Of a stretch of DNA of 64,000 nucleotides, positions 46,656 to 60,200 are shown in pieces. The stretch's first letter is position 1, and every line of letters starts with the position of its first letter. The stretch lies in the NCBI GenBank assembly GCA_000708835.1, contig DF236991.1, positions 1 through 64,000 on the forward strand, in the 5' to 3' direction. Under the pieces are notes generated by a model, which searched no databases, had not been told where the DNA came from, and saw only the letters and a list, made by a program, of their open reading frames with translations. The stretch is from Klebsormidium nitens (lineage: Eukaryota > Plantae > Klebsormidiophyceae). Both the position numbers and the translations under genes were made by a program.

Positions 46656-49600
46656 ATGGAGCCTCTTCTCGGCAACGCCAGTCTGAATCAATGTAGCCGG
46701 CATGAGAACGCCGCAGACTGCGACTGGGCTTGTGGACACTTCTCCCTCGTGGGCAGCGAGCTTGTCCAGGAGGCTGAAGGCGAGGGGCTATTGGAGGAGG
46801 GCGGGCTGAATCGAGAGAGTGTCAATGACAACCACCCGTTGCAGCTGGGCGAGTCTTTAACACCGATTGAAACGCAGACGCCAAAGGAGCAAGGCGGTGG
46901 TGGTGTGAACGGGGGCGAGAAGGCTGCAGGTCAGGGGCATGATGAGAGTCACGGGGGGCATTCACACTCGCCGGAGGACAAGCTTTCGCAGCGGATGAAG
47001 CAGGCGTTCCTGTCAGGAGTCGAGGGCTCCCCCAAGAAGGAGGGTCAGCCGGAGGTTAGTGCTAACCAGTCGGAGCCCAATGCGCAGTTGACCGCTAACC
47101 AGCGCACGCAGAGCAGCCCCCCACCAGACCTGTGCCAGATGGAGAAGACGGCCATGAGGCCCCGGCTGGAGAAGACGGCCTCGGGAACGACATTCACGAG
47201 CTTCTGGCGGCGCCCCGGGCTGCAGCTTTTCCGGAAGACGGAGGAGGCGCAAGTGACCCCACAGCTGAAGGTGGGCTTACCTCTTAGCAAGATTGCTGAA
47301 GATCGTAAGGAGTACCGCGTTTGGTTTGCGTCTGTGAGTATTTCGATCTTCGCCTCAGGGGCGTGGAAAGGTGAGCGAACCTGGGGGAAACGTGCAGCGA
47401 GGGGCCTGCCTTTGGTGGACAGAGCGATTGAGCCAGCTATTTGGAGTTTCTCCTATGGAAAGCTTTTGGTCACGAAGGGTATGCATTGTCAGGCTACTGC
47501 GTTTCACGGCCACATAGAGGTAATTTGCTCTGACTTCTTGATTATGTTGAAACTCTTGTCTCTTTCAAAACTTAAACATGCCCTGGGCGTATCTAGATCT
47601 TTTGAAGCATACGAGAAGTTTTCCTGGACGTTATTTCCTGACCTGCATGTACGTCTTAACTGATTGTACAACAGCAGCAGGCCTGCTTTTCTCAGTGCAA
47701 CAAGGAGTCCTAATGACCACCTCAATTTGATCTCTCGTGCAGGACTCGCGCTCGCTTACTTCCCCTACATCTTCCCGGGCCACCTCTCCAACCGGGCCGG
47801 GACGCCGTTCTGTTGCCCGCACCACATCGGCGCCTTTGAACGTGACGCCAACCAAGTCGGTTGGGTCTCAGCAGGTCCGTCCCTTTGCTTCGCATTTCAT
47901 CTGGTGGAAGAACTCGCACTTTTGTTGAGCGCTCGACCAGGCCCACCATCCGGAAATGTTACGTGCCTCTGTTTGTCTAGCTATAGCAAGATCTCTGTAC
48001 GAGAACCGCTTTATGCACAAAGCTGCTCATAGATAACCTTGTCACCGACGTTTTTTCTTGAAACCTGCGTTTGTTGATAGAAGTCGTCAGCTTCTCAGAA
48101 GCAATTCGTCCAGTTGACATAATCGAACATCGGACTAAAATGCTTCTTTCGAGCTTCGTTGTGTGTGTAGGTTCCTGCGACCTGTGATTCTCCTTTCTCT
48201 GCAAAAGTTCCAGCCTTTCCAGGTTATACAATTCTGCAGTTTGGCATCACTTCCACAAGCCGCTGTCTTGGGACGTTCACAAACTAAGGTCAGCCTTTGA
48301 CTCTGTATTACGTGCCTGTGACGAGCGTGAAACCAGTCTTCATCGAATTTCTCCAGGCTGCACTGCGCAGTAGCCCTGCGCAGCGTGGGCTCTTCCGCAG
48401 CCCCGAGTCGAGCCCCGACGCCTTCTCCTACTTCGAGCCCCCGCGTTCACATCAGCAAAACTACGAGGGCGAGCAGAGTGTGAATGCCCACTACCTGCAC
48501 AAGACCCGCAGCGAGCCCCAGCAGTGGAATCAGTCTCCACCGGAAACGGTCGTCGAGAACGTCGAATGGAACATGGAAGAAGAAGACGAAGACGCCGAGG
48601 GACGCGCTGGCAATTTCGGCCGTGAGTCAGAAACTAGGGGTGGGGGAGAATGCGTTGGGGGTTCTGCAATCAGAGGGGGGCGAGCCGGCATCGAGAGTCA
48701 GGTTAGCAATGCGCCAAGCTGGGTGGACTACAGCACAGTGACTGAGGAGGGGTATCACGAAAGGGGCCTGGTCACCCCCCACTCCGAAAACCCCGCCCAA
48801 AACCCTGCAAGTCCCGCTCTGGGGGGGTCTGGAATCAGTAACGCCCAGGGGGAGAGTGCGGGGGGAGCTGCTGAGGGGAAGAGGCGGAGGAGAAGAAACC
48901 GGGGGAAGGGCCGCAAGAAGGCCTCGTCGGAAAGGGGGGCGGTCGCCGAGGCTGGGGAGAACGACTCTGTGGCCTCGGACTCGAGTTCATTACAGGGCCT
49001 TCAAGGTTCGGGGGTTTTGGAGCGGGGTGGCAGTTTCACCAGAGGCGTCGGGGAGGGGGCGAAACGGGTAGGAAACAAGATCGACGTGCATTTGGCTGCT
49101 AAGAAAGCGGGGGGAGCTAACAAGGGTGAGGTTGGATCTCAACAAGTGGGCAGTGAACATTCACACCCTGAGGGGCAGCAGACGAAGGTATCAGGCGCGA
49201 ATCTGCGTGCAAGTGGGGTGCTGACGTCAGCGCAGTCCGAGGGCAAGGCGAAGGACGCGGCTTCACACCAAGGCGACGGGTCCAGCGACGTGTCTAGTGT
49301 GAATGCGTCCGTGTCGGAACCGAGGGAGCCGCGCCTGGCAGGCGACAGGTGGCAGCACGTGGTGCGCAAGGAAACCTCCGAGGAGGGGCCGGATGTGGAA
49401 GATGAAACGGAAGGTAAGCCTAGAGCCCTATGTGTTCTGTCCGTCAAACTTTAGTTCGATGACTCCGCGATTGTAACGGAGTCAGCCAGTCGATTGCCTC
49501 GCCATTGTTGTATTCATGTTCTGTTGGCCCTCTGTTGGGTAGGGTTTACTGCAAGTCGTGAAATGGGGTATGGGAATGGGTCTCAGGCTCTTCTGTCTTC

Positions 49601-51177
49601 ATAGTTTAACAAACTTGAGTGCATCTCTGGGGCGCTGCTGAATCTGTAGAAGATAGGACGGGCTCGTCTACTCGAGAAGCGAGTGTCAAGTTCCAATAAA
49701 GACTATAAATGCACCGTACACCGACAAAACAGCCCTTGGCCTGAGGAAGAAGACTCGGTATGTTCTGGTTCCTGATGTCATCTGCTGGGTCAGCGGTTGC
49801 TACCCTCAGCAAGTACGTTGTTTTGCACTTTTGTTCCTACAGTGCTCCCAGCCAGTCCGCGGCTCCTCTTTCGTTCGATTCTAAGCCTGGGAGCGGCCGT
49901 TTTTGTTCCTTCTGTCTCAGCACAGCCGTTCGCCTGTGTTAATCGTAGAATAATGCCATCCACATCTCGACGATGTTATTACCTTTCCTAATACGGAGGG
50001 CCAGTATGCGGCCCTCCCTGAAAAGAAGTCGGAAAGTCCCTGTTCCGTGTATTGCGCACCGTTGCAGTACCTATGTTCCTTTCTTGCTCTCCAGTACGCC
50101 TCTTCTTGTTTACCGACTTTGGTGGCCACTTCGGAGTCTGTCTTGTTTGTTAAGCAGGAGGAATTTGTGGCTGATTTACGAGTTGCGACTATGAATTTCC
50201 TTTTTAGAAAAGTATGTCAATTTGATTTCTCTGCAGACATCGAGCTCGTGGAAGAGGAGAACGACTCCGACGCAGCCTCCGATGCCGACCTCTCGGACGC
50301 GGACGACCAGACCAACCAGGAGCTGACACGTGGCACCCGCATCCGCGACAATTTCTACCCCGCTCAGGACACAGAGGAGCAGGCGCGGAGCGGTATGAAT
50401 AAGGCCGGACACGGTGTGAACACGGGGGAAAGGAGCGAAGACTATGGGGGCAGAGAGGAGCAGTGGGAGTCGGAGCGTGGGGTGGGGTTCAACAAGTGGC
50501 ACATCGTGGCGATGGTTGGATGTGAGTGCTGCACATTTGCATTTTTCTTCGTTTTCTGCCGTGTTTGCCGTTTTCTCGCCTTTCTTTCGTTGTTCCTCTG
50601 CCCGTTTTCCACTTGTGTTATGACTTCTGGCGTAATTCTTTAGCTTCCTGGATACTCAATTTGCTGGAGTTCAACGAAGGTAGGACAAAGATCTTGGGCA
50701 GTTCGTCGCGACCATATAAGTGGAACATGGTGGCGATGGTTGGATGTGCGTCGCTCTTCCTCTCTCCCTATTGAATCTGCGGTGTGCTCCTCTCTGCTCT
50801 TCCCTGTTTCGCTTTGTGTTTTGCTTCTTTCTGCTCTTCCTCTGATTATGTGTCTCCCCAGCTTCGACTCTGACGGCCTTCGAGGGGGAGTACTGTAATT
50901 CCAGCTCTCCAAATCTCGTTGATGACTCGTCGGCAAAGCCTCACCAGGAGCCGAAGTTGCTCGGTCATGTAAACCGATGCCCGATTTCTCTCCAGGTTCA
51001 ATCCTGACGGCCTTTGTGGGTGGTCGCCTGTACTTCGAGCATCTCCGACGGCAGGAGGCCAAGCGCCGGGCAGAAAAGACGTGCCGGATTCCGGTTCCGT
51101 TCGGCTTCGGCGAGGTCGAAGTCGCTGAAGTCCTGCGGCCGCTCGTCTGCCCCAAAGATCATCGGGGTTACGTGTAA
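46656..51177 (+). CDS. Uncharacterised, mostly disordered protein with one C-terminal TM helix, ~756 aa (exons 46656-47270, 47743-47874, 48357-49413, 50237-50521, 50996-51177; the 5' end may extend upstream)
   Basis: Long GC3-rich exons, strong GT-AG sites and matching phases. The 50521->50996 splice gives the hydrophobic segment WHIVAMVGCSILTAFVGGRLYF. Confidence 0.6.
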
Positions 51178-51499
51178 GGTTTCTGGGAGAGGGGGGTCTG
51201 AGCGGGTTAAGTGAGTTTGGGCAAAATGTGCTAGTAGGGGTCCTGAGACGGTCTTCAGAGCTCCTTTTTCGGGGGGGTGGGGGGAAGGCTGCAATACGAA
51301 GTTTTGACTCTTGCGGGAGTTGGTACTGAGGAGAATGACACCTTGCTGGTTCCGGGCTGCTGAGTCGGCTTTCGAAGGGGTGGGGGGCCATGAGGGCTGG
51401 CGACTTGTTCGTTGTACCCTGTACTGCATCTGCATACACTGTACAGATTGCGGAGGACTAATTCGGCCTTAGCTCAAGGCCAATGTGTACAAACGCGTC

Positions 51500-52493
51500 A
51501 AGATCTTTCGCAGCAGTTCTATTTCGAGTCCGAGGGGTGTAGTAGAAAGCACAGATAATCGACAGCAACTACCGCGTGTGAATATGGGATGTATCAATAG
51601 CTTCAACAACTCTGGGGGTGCGCCTATGAAAATGACCTACTTACAGCCCACGGTCGAAGCACTAGCAGGTTGTAAGTACCAGAAGATAAGGCATTAGCTA
51701 GAGGTGAGGTAGTGAAGCTGTCAATGTAGATATTGTTACATATGGGTGGTGGGTCTGCGCTTAAACATGCTTGCATAGCTTGTCTGGGTAAATCAGAGAG
51801 CACTTTGTGTTATGAGTGCCATATTTGCCGTTCCATTGTTGTTGAATAAGTCCAGGACCATAGTTGCTATGTGATAGGCTTCATCGGAGAGGTTACACAA
51901 ACCTGCTTGGCGTGTCCATACCGGACCTTGTGTTTGATACTCCCCAGCATGGTGATTGACATCAAGTCCAATGCAACGTTGTGATTTTTTGTTGTCTCAG
52001 GCTCATGTAGTAGCCCCTGAAAATATGTTTGCAAGTGATTGTTGCCAGACTCTCAGTGCCCGTTTATTCAACTTAGACTGCCAAGATTGTTCATGTAGGG
52101 TATAAAGAGTAGCCGCCGTGAGATCTTGGGCCCGGATCGACGGTCTGAAGTTCTCGTAGATAAGCTTGTCGCGCACATGTGACATGGCAATCCATTGTGC
52201 AAGAGTATCATACCTAGGTATTTGATCGATGACAGTGTTCATACGCGCTTCAAGCTCATTGACATACGGTAGTCTAACTCAGGTACACCGTACTGCCTCC
52301 TGACTCCTGATTCCTGACTAGAAGGCGCTGAAACTGGGATCCTGAGCTGGTCCTGACAGAGCTTCGAGACAAATGTAATTTGTCGAGACTCGAGAGGTTG
52401 TAACCAGTCATCATTGTTGACACAGGTGGCAAACAAGCATTGGCCGAATTCTTGTCGTTCAGGCAAAAAAGGAATTTCCGATTTCGTACGCAA
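51500..52493 (-). pseudogene. Decayed coding relic (transposon or virus-like, family unknown)
   Basis: ORFs 52493-52239 and 52242-52003 overlap by ATGA, and the second frame continues through scattered TGA stops. CA/TG-rich. Confidence 0.3.
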
Positions 52494-53641
52494 CTTCCAT
52501 TTTCCAAATTAAAACCCAGCGTTCTGTCGTCATCTTGACCCCATCGGTGTCCATCCCCCGAGCTTCGGTACCGGCCAGTCTGATCGGAGTGATTGTGACG
52601 AATCTAGCTTTGGCGCCACGTCCCGGAAACAAGTACCCGAGTGCTCAGTGGCCCCACCGTTTCCATGTAGGTACGGGCTAACAGTCGATCTGAGGTAACG
52701 TCATAGGTGCTGACGTCTGCTGCTCCGAGATTCGCCGGTACTAACTGCCGGCCGCCTTTATTCGTAGACGGTAGCTCCCTGCGGGATTTGGAACGCACGT
52801 AGTACGTACGTGCCGACTTACCAACGTGCAGCACTTTCGTCGGTACATGTAACGTCCACACTGCACAGCCGTTGCAATCAATTCAAGTTTGAAAATCGCA
52901 ACCGACCTACCTACTGTACCTTCCTAGATAGGTACTGAAACTCTCGCCGTAGTCTCTACCTAGGTAGGTATCATGATTCAGGCGCACGGCAAGGTCTAGC
53001 AGCTACTACGGTAGCCAGGTACTGACAGTACCTACTGGCCGGGGAAGTACCAAATCTACTGACATTGTCCATAACTCCAGTTCGCCCCAGTTCTGGATTT
53101 GGTGTGCTCAGAATGTGGACACACTTTCGTTTCGGCTTCCCATTGCCCAACTTTGTAGAAAGTGATTTGTACCGTTCACGTAACACGTAGAACACGTTTT
53201 AGGGCAGAAATACATAGGTACGGCAGGAACAAAGAAGGCGGCTCTAGCTGCCTGCGCATATTGAACAGTACTTAGGAATCCCCCGCCCCGGGCCTAAAAC
53301 CTGGTGAGAAGCGGACAAGGAAAGCGCCCGGCCATAACCACCGGCGGAATTTTTGCGGGGCAAGGCGATGACCTCTGAGCCTGAGGGCGGGTGCGCTAGT
53401 CGTGTAGATCTTTGAATTCTACCAGCCTCAGACTGACAAGGCGACACTCAGGAAAAGAGGTTGTAGGTACCTATGTACTCCCATGTGTTGTCACCAGCCA
53501 TCAGTCAGCAAGCTAGAGCTGAGGCCCACATCATCAAAGGTGGAGCTGGTTCCCCTCCTATAAGATCGAATCTCAGCTGCGTTGCTCAGTTCATTTTACG
53601 TCCCAGCTGAAATTCTTCCTTCACCTTCCCAGGCGTCCAGA

Positions 53642-56600
53642 ATGGCGCCCATCGGTCTGCGCCTCGCGGCGCTCGTCGCTCTCTGCCTTTTCGTCCCCGC
53701 TCTAGTTTCCGCCTCCGAGCTGCAGGGGCGCCGATTCACGATTGAGGAGGCGATCGCTGAGACGGGCGCGATCTACAACGAGGAGAAGGGGCGCTTTGCT
53801 TGGTGGAACGAGACGGTGGAAGACCCCCTTGCTGAGGAACACGCGGATCGGCGCTCCACTCTCAGGCTGGGGGACAGCTCACCGGTTACGGTGACGTTCT
53901 ACGACTCCCCCGGGATGTACTGCACCGATGGTGAGAATGGGAGCCGCGTTTTGGGGGTGTGAATGGGCTCCTGAGCTGTTGGTAAAATGGGCTGGTCTCA
54001 ATCCAAGCTGCCGCCGTTGATCCTTGATCTTGCGCGATGATGTGCGCTCTTGTTGATAAGGGCTCTGATGATGTGGATGCTGATGCTGGGTATTTGGATT
54101 GGACTCTCTGTCTAAATATTGAGTTGACATTGGGCCATCCGAGGGCTCTTGAGCTGCCATATATGGTCTTGGCTTTGAAGTTCAGTAAATTCGTATAGTT
54201 AGTTGAAGGAATAGCAGATCTCAGAGAAAGTTCAATTGAAAGCAGCTGGCTTTTTCCTTACATTGCTGCTTCATTGGCTTGAGACTTAAACAACTGCCTT
54301 GAAATGTCTATGTTTGACCTTGATCTTATGTTGTCATTTCTGATCCTCCGAACTGATCGATGAAATCAACACTTTCCAATTATGCAGAAGAGTTTTGTGA
54401 GTTGGCTGCATTGATTGTTGCTGCTATTATGTGACGTGTTTCCTTGTGTTCTCCTGAGCTGCCACATGTTGAGAAGGCCTCTCGGGGCCTTGTTTCCATT
54501 GTAGCTGAGCAAGGTCCCTAGGAGAACTCTAAACATGTGGGTATTTGGTACCAATCATAAATTTTGGCAGCTTTCTCTGGGCTGATTGCATTGAAGATTC
54601 AGAACTGGTACTCCACTCGGCGATTTAACACCAGGCTCCTCACCCTGCTTCTGGTCCATTCAGCGCTGCTTTTTGGCTGGTGTCCTGCTAGCTGGAGCCT
54701 TCTCCTGTCTGATCTGAGCTCCATCCCTTATCTTCAGCTGAGCTGCAAAAGCAAACAAGGCTCAGCTCTTCCTGTTTGAGCGCGTGATCAAATATGCCAT
54801 CTAGAAGCTTAGCCCACCCTGGTTGTACCAGCTTGGCTTCTTTCTGAGCTCAGCTGTTCAAAGCAGCTACACTATTTGAGCTGGCTCCTTTCTATAGGAG
54901 GCCTACAAACAAACACTGAGTCGACCTCTGAATAAAGCATATGAGAAAGATCAAACCACGGGAGACGAAGCGTGCTCTGACTTCCACGAATATAAAGCTA
55001 TGGCTGACTGCTGTCCTTTGTGTCTCAGGTGAAGGCCAATGCGGCTACGGCACTGACACCAACGGACGAGCAAGGGGCCCAGGCGGTGACTTCCTCCAGA
55101 CTTCCCTCTGTGAGTCCCCACTTCTTCCTCACCAAGCTGCCATCTGTCAGTTACCATAACCAAGCACAGGTAGCTTTGGGCCGTGGATGAGCACATCAAT
55201 GACGTCATCCGTTGAATGAGTCCTTCCTTCCAAGGTCGTAGCAAGACACGGACTCTAGATATTTTCATGACCAGTTCGTAAGGGGCTTCTGTTTAAGCTT
55301 TGACTTGCTGCGCGAGTTTCGCTGTTCGTTTGGTTTGCTCAGAGAAACAGTTCAGACGCGATGGCTTGATGCTTCTTACCCTCCCCTTAGTCATCGAATC
55401 TCTCTGAAGACTTTCGGATTCTTTATCCCTTCTGGATCGTGTTGTCATTTCCAAGAGTCTCTGCAAATCTTCATCGACCCAGCAATGGTCCTTCTCAATG
55501 AACATTTGGAAAGATCGTTGCGTGCCTTACCTGCCATTTAAGCGCAATCTTTGATTGTCAAAGCAGCAGGCTATTGGCACATCCTTTCTCACCGCCGTCG
55601 CTTAAAGAAGTGCGACGTCAGAAGCTGCCGTGCCGTCTCGCAAGTCTCCTGTTTGTATACATCAAGAGAGTGCTAGGCAGACACCGATCCTGGTCGCTTC
55701 GATGTGATGCCCAACAAAAAGCAGTATCACCAGATCGAATCAAACACCCGACTGGATCCTTTGCGTCACTCGATGAGGTGTATCTTGACAGGTTGCAGCC
55801 CATTGATTCACGCGCTTCGACTTCATTCTGGCCGGTTCTGAAGCTTTTCTAAAACCCACTTAAAGCTGTACCTTTCTGTGTTGAACTTAGTTGCCTTTCT
55901 GGTTTGCAGACCCCCTCCACGCCGCTTCCGGCCACTTCGAGCACCTGGGCGGCTGTGGCGCGTGCGGGATCCTCTCCGAGGGGGGGATCAACCTGGCTTT
56001 CGTCATCACTGACGTCACCGACGCCCTCGACGAGTTGGGCAACCGCGAGTGGCCTCCGTTCGGCTCCCACATCGACCTGTGCCTGCCCGAGTTCCGGATC
56101 TACCGCCCGGGGACTCGGACCGAGCAAGGAGGGATCTTCACCGGAACATGGACCAGGTTAGCAGATCTTTTCCTTCCATTTTTGGGTCCGTGCGTGCTCT
56201 TTCTGTTCTGAGGGAGTTGCCTCGGTGTTGGGCTCCTGTTGGGGACCGCTGTAGAAACGGGGTGCGATTGGTGGGTTCGTAATGAGAACTTGAGTCAGCG
56301 AACAATGAAAACCTTGATTACCTGACTCAAAAGACCGATAAGCAAGGTTTCTTTCTGGCTTGCCCTCACGCTCGTACTGGTCAGAACCACCTGTTGTGGC
56401 AAGGGCGTCCCAAAACATATCGCCATGGCCCTTTCGTATTCTGTTCTCTCTCGACTGAATTGGCACCTCCGACCTCCTGCCGTTGTTCTGCGCTTTCCTT
56501 TTCGTTCTGTTTGTTTCTTCTGACATATTTGGTTGAATTGAAAAGCTCTCAGGTCTTCCTTTGAGGTTCGGTTCGAACGACTTTCTTCTCGCCCCCCCTT

Positions 56601-57268
56601 GTCGCAAAAGGACAGACTATGACATTGTTTCTCGTCTGTGACTCCCCCGTTTGGCGAATTAATTACGACACGATGGGTTTCACAACGCGGCTCCCCAAGC
56701 ATTGAATCCGCACCCTCTTCCTTCTATTCCGTTCAACTCCCTTGCTTTTCCCCGCTCTCGAATCTCCTTGGCTCATATATTTCAACTCTCGTCTTAGGTT
56801 GAGGTGCCAACAGGATGGAAATCCTTCTGAAGGTTCCTCCATTTGTGAACGAAACTCATTCGTTTCTCCGCTACTCTTCCCAGGATCAACTGCAACACGA
56901 TGGGCGCCCCCAACATGCCGTCCGGCAACATCGTGGTGCGCCTGCAGGAGTGGAACCAGTGGGCCAAGGCCGTCGTCATCTCGCGCCTGGGGGCGACCGG
57001 CGAGATCATCGCCGTCGATTTCTACACCGCCCAGGACCGCAACGGCGGCAACTCCGGCAACGGGAACCGGGTGGTACATACCGGGTTCCGCGTGCAGGGC
57101 TGGGGTGCTTGGTGGTCCCCTAATTCGAATCTGGGCGGCCAGGGGGGGGTCGGGCTCAGAATCACCGTTAAGGGGGGGCAGGTTCTGGACACCAACGGGT
57201 TCCCCATGCCGGATTACTCGCTGTGGCACACGGGGGACATCATCAACATCTTCCAGAACGTCAGCTAG
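53642..57268 (+). CDS. Secreted expansin-like protein (DPBB domain and CBM63-like domain), 4 exons (53642-53930, 55029-55109, 55910-56156, 56884-57268)
   Basis: Signal peptide, TFY, GQCGYG, GGCGAC, HIDL (HFD-equivalent), a cysteine at the domain junction, and domain 2 aromatic residues (WNQW, GWGAWW, LRIT, W..G). Phases match. Confidence 0.78.
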
Positions 57269-60200
57269 GCGCGTTTGGTGACGGCTTCGGTCAGGTGTAA
57301 CCAGTTGACGAGGTTAGGGTAACCCGATTGAGCTGGCAGTCTGCAGACGCGGAGGCACGATCGTGCGGGATGGTCGCTGTAGGCTAGCCTGCGTTTGGTT
57401 ACGACAATGTGGGTTAGGTAAACTGACTCTTGTGGGTTTCGCGGGTTTTGGCCAGCCTGACTAGCGCTTAGGTTAACAATAAAGCTCTGAACTTTGCGCC
57501 GCAGCAGCAGCCCATCGGCAGCGTATTCACACCGCCCGCGAACGGACGCCACGTGTACCATACGACAAACTTCACAGCCCTTTGCAGTCGCAGAGAATTG
57601 TGTACCATTAGGTAACCCAAAATGGGTTCGATCCAACCGCCAATCACTAGCTTCCACGTCAGCTCTACTTCTGCAGTCGCGGGATAGAGTTGCTGAAGTA
57701 CGTACGCCAAGGTTAAGAAGTAGGTGCATTCAACTGAACACGGGTAATTGATACGAACTGCCAAGGCCGCTCGATTTGTTATCTTGCTGTTGCTTTGCTA
57801 AGTCGGTCGCTAGCCTCCCAAGACATGCGCTTGAACGAGATACTTAGACCATTTAATTGAGAGTAACACGGCAACAGGTTCAGGAGCTTGAAGGAAGCAG
57901 TTCGGGGTAGTAACACTGGACGCTCGAGTCAAAGCTGGACAGCATGCATGGCATTCGCTCGTCGTTCGTACAGTATAAAACCGCAGAAGTCAAACTGACA
58001 TTTATTTACTTGACTCTATTTTCCTATTGAACACGCTTCTCTATTGCGTAAGCAACCCGAGTTTGCTTTCGGATGTCTTTTGCGATCATCGCTTCAGATC
58101 GTCCCGGACTCAGTGATCAAAGTTGGCAATTGAGCGCATCAGATCAAAAGTATGCACGCTACACTGATTTTGATCCCGTTTGCTCGCAGCTCAAGGTCAA
58201 AATTTTGGCTTCGACTCGAATAATAAGCATGCAGAATTTGCCAGACACCACGTGGACACTGGCGGCACCGGGGCAAAACAATTTTAGTTCGGCATGCCGG
58301 CCGCGTAAATGGATAAAACGGCCACATATCTTTGGCTTGGTGCGCGCGCTCTGCACATGCTCATGAAAATGTGCGTGGTGAATTTCAGTTCGATGGACAG
58401 CTACCGGTAGTTGGTCTTTGATATGGAAGACCTTCGGACTTTGAAAACTCTGCAAGGCTTCAGTGTCACTGTGCACGAGGCATGCAGTGTCTGGCATGCA
58501 GTGATGATAATAAACAGGTACTAACATGCACGCAATGATGTACCATGTGTGTGCCTCCTTTAGCACCTAGGCCGGCCGTAATTTATTTGCGCAGTGGCTT
58601 CGAAGGGCTCACATTGGACTAACTGACATGATCTTACGTCCAAATCCGTTCATCCGGGCCCTTTCATCAGGCCGCGGTACTTGTACGTCTGGCCCGCGCG
58701 GCCGCATCCTGCCTGCGCTTTGATGGGCCAATTGGTCATTCATTCATTCATACTTCTATTACAAGGACCATCCGAGTCAGGCAGGGGCTATACGATCGTT
58801 TGGGGAGAAGAGGTCATATTTCATCATCGTACTAGCAAATTGCACGATGTGCGCCGCCGCGGCAGGCTGCACCGTAAAGGCCGCCCGCCGATAGGTCTGG
58901 CCGCTAGTAGTACTAAGTGGTGGCAATACGAGTTGTTCATGAGCGCCTGTACGTCACATGCTTGAAATGCTTCGATCTCGCTACAGCATGCAACTTTCGC
59001 GTGCATACACATTCGATATATATTGCGGCCGCTATTATAACTGCGCGGATGACAGACATCTTCAACTTCGACGGCTGATAGACGTCGCAACGTGTCGCGG
59101 CGCGAGTACCGACCATGTCTCATTCATGCACCACTGTTTGCGCCATACTTGGATGCATGAAGCCTCATGTATTCTGGTACCTAGTCGAGTTGTGACCAGA
59201 GCGCGCATAGGTCAACTCGAGTCCGAAAAAGCTTGATAAACTTTGCCACATCCTTGCAAGCTTGGCCGGGCGTACGTTGACTTTGTGCCCCGTTCGAAAT
59301 CTTTCTGTCTTATGAACCTGACAGAATACGAACATTCTTATGACTGGTACTCTTTCTCTGATATAGCGACGCTGAAGAGAGACTGACTCGGTAATATCAG
59401 TAGATCAGGAATTCCTGAAATCTGCAGCCCATCGCCTTGAATCGAAAGGCGTCCTGGATTAGCGCACCGCGACCCAAGCTTTACCAGCTGTACGTATCTG
59501 CCTGACGTACTCTGACGTACTCGTTTTGATATAAGGGCCTAAGCTCAGAAGCTGAAGAGCTACTTGCAACCTCCAGGTTGACGCCGCGGAAACGTCGCAG
59601 CGGTTGCGACAGCATGGGTTCACGCGCGTCTTCTACCAGCTCGTTCCAAACGGGGTGCCCGTGCCTGCGAAACAGAAAAAGGCCGTTAGGCTGAGAGCGT
59701 CCGTCAACCCGGCAAAACATATGGGCTATCCAAAGGCCTGGCCTTGTCTAGAAAGTACCTTTTATAGGTAAGAAATTAGGAAAACGATGTGAATGCGATG
59801 TCCGCCACACTGCCCGCAGCAACTGCGACTCTACGAACGGAACCGGTTCTGTGAACAGACCAACTGCAGCATAAAGATGCCAAGACTCTGCGCTTCAAAT
59901 CATCCACAGCTCCTTAACCAGGCTTTCAGTGACAAAACACTGTGGCAAATGGCAAGCCAACAGGACACCGGTTTAGACGTCGACGAGCGCGCATGGAAAC
60001 ACAAGTCTTTGGAGTATTTGAAAATGACGGACGTGGGCTTGGCCTTTCAGCATGGCAGGTAATGCAGCAGAGGCATCCGCGAACGGCCATCTCCCAACGT
60101 AATGAAGGCTCTTAGCGTGGCGTCCAATTGTTGAGAAACTCCACTTGAGAAGCGATTCGCTCCCAACACTTAATTCTTTCACAGCCACTTCGTAATACTA

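Noticed and set aside
46925-46975. His-rich GHDESHGGHSHS suggesting a ZIP/CDF metal transporter
   Set aside because: No multi-pass TM segments flank it; the protein is disordered with one C-terminal helix.
47664-48032. ORF frame GLALAYFPYIFPGHLSNR...PFCCPHH as the coding frame
   Set aside because: Intron phases support the alternative Ser/Thr/Pro-rich frame (DSRSLTSPTSS...).
164-57268. Functional cell-wall cluster (secreted protein, oxidase, expansin)
   Set aside because: The genes are separated by unrelated housekeeping and ciliary genes over 57 kb, with no evidence of co-regulation.
59973-60188. VAVKEL kinase subdomain II-like motif
   Set aside because: No Gly-loop, HRD or DFG motif nearby in any frame I checked.
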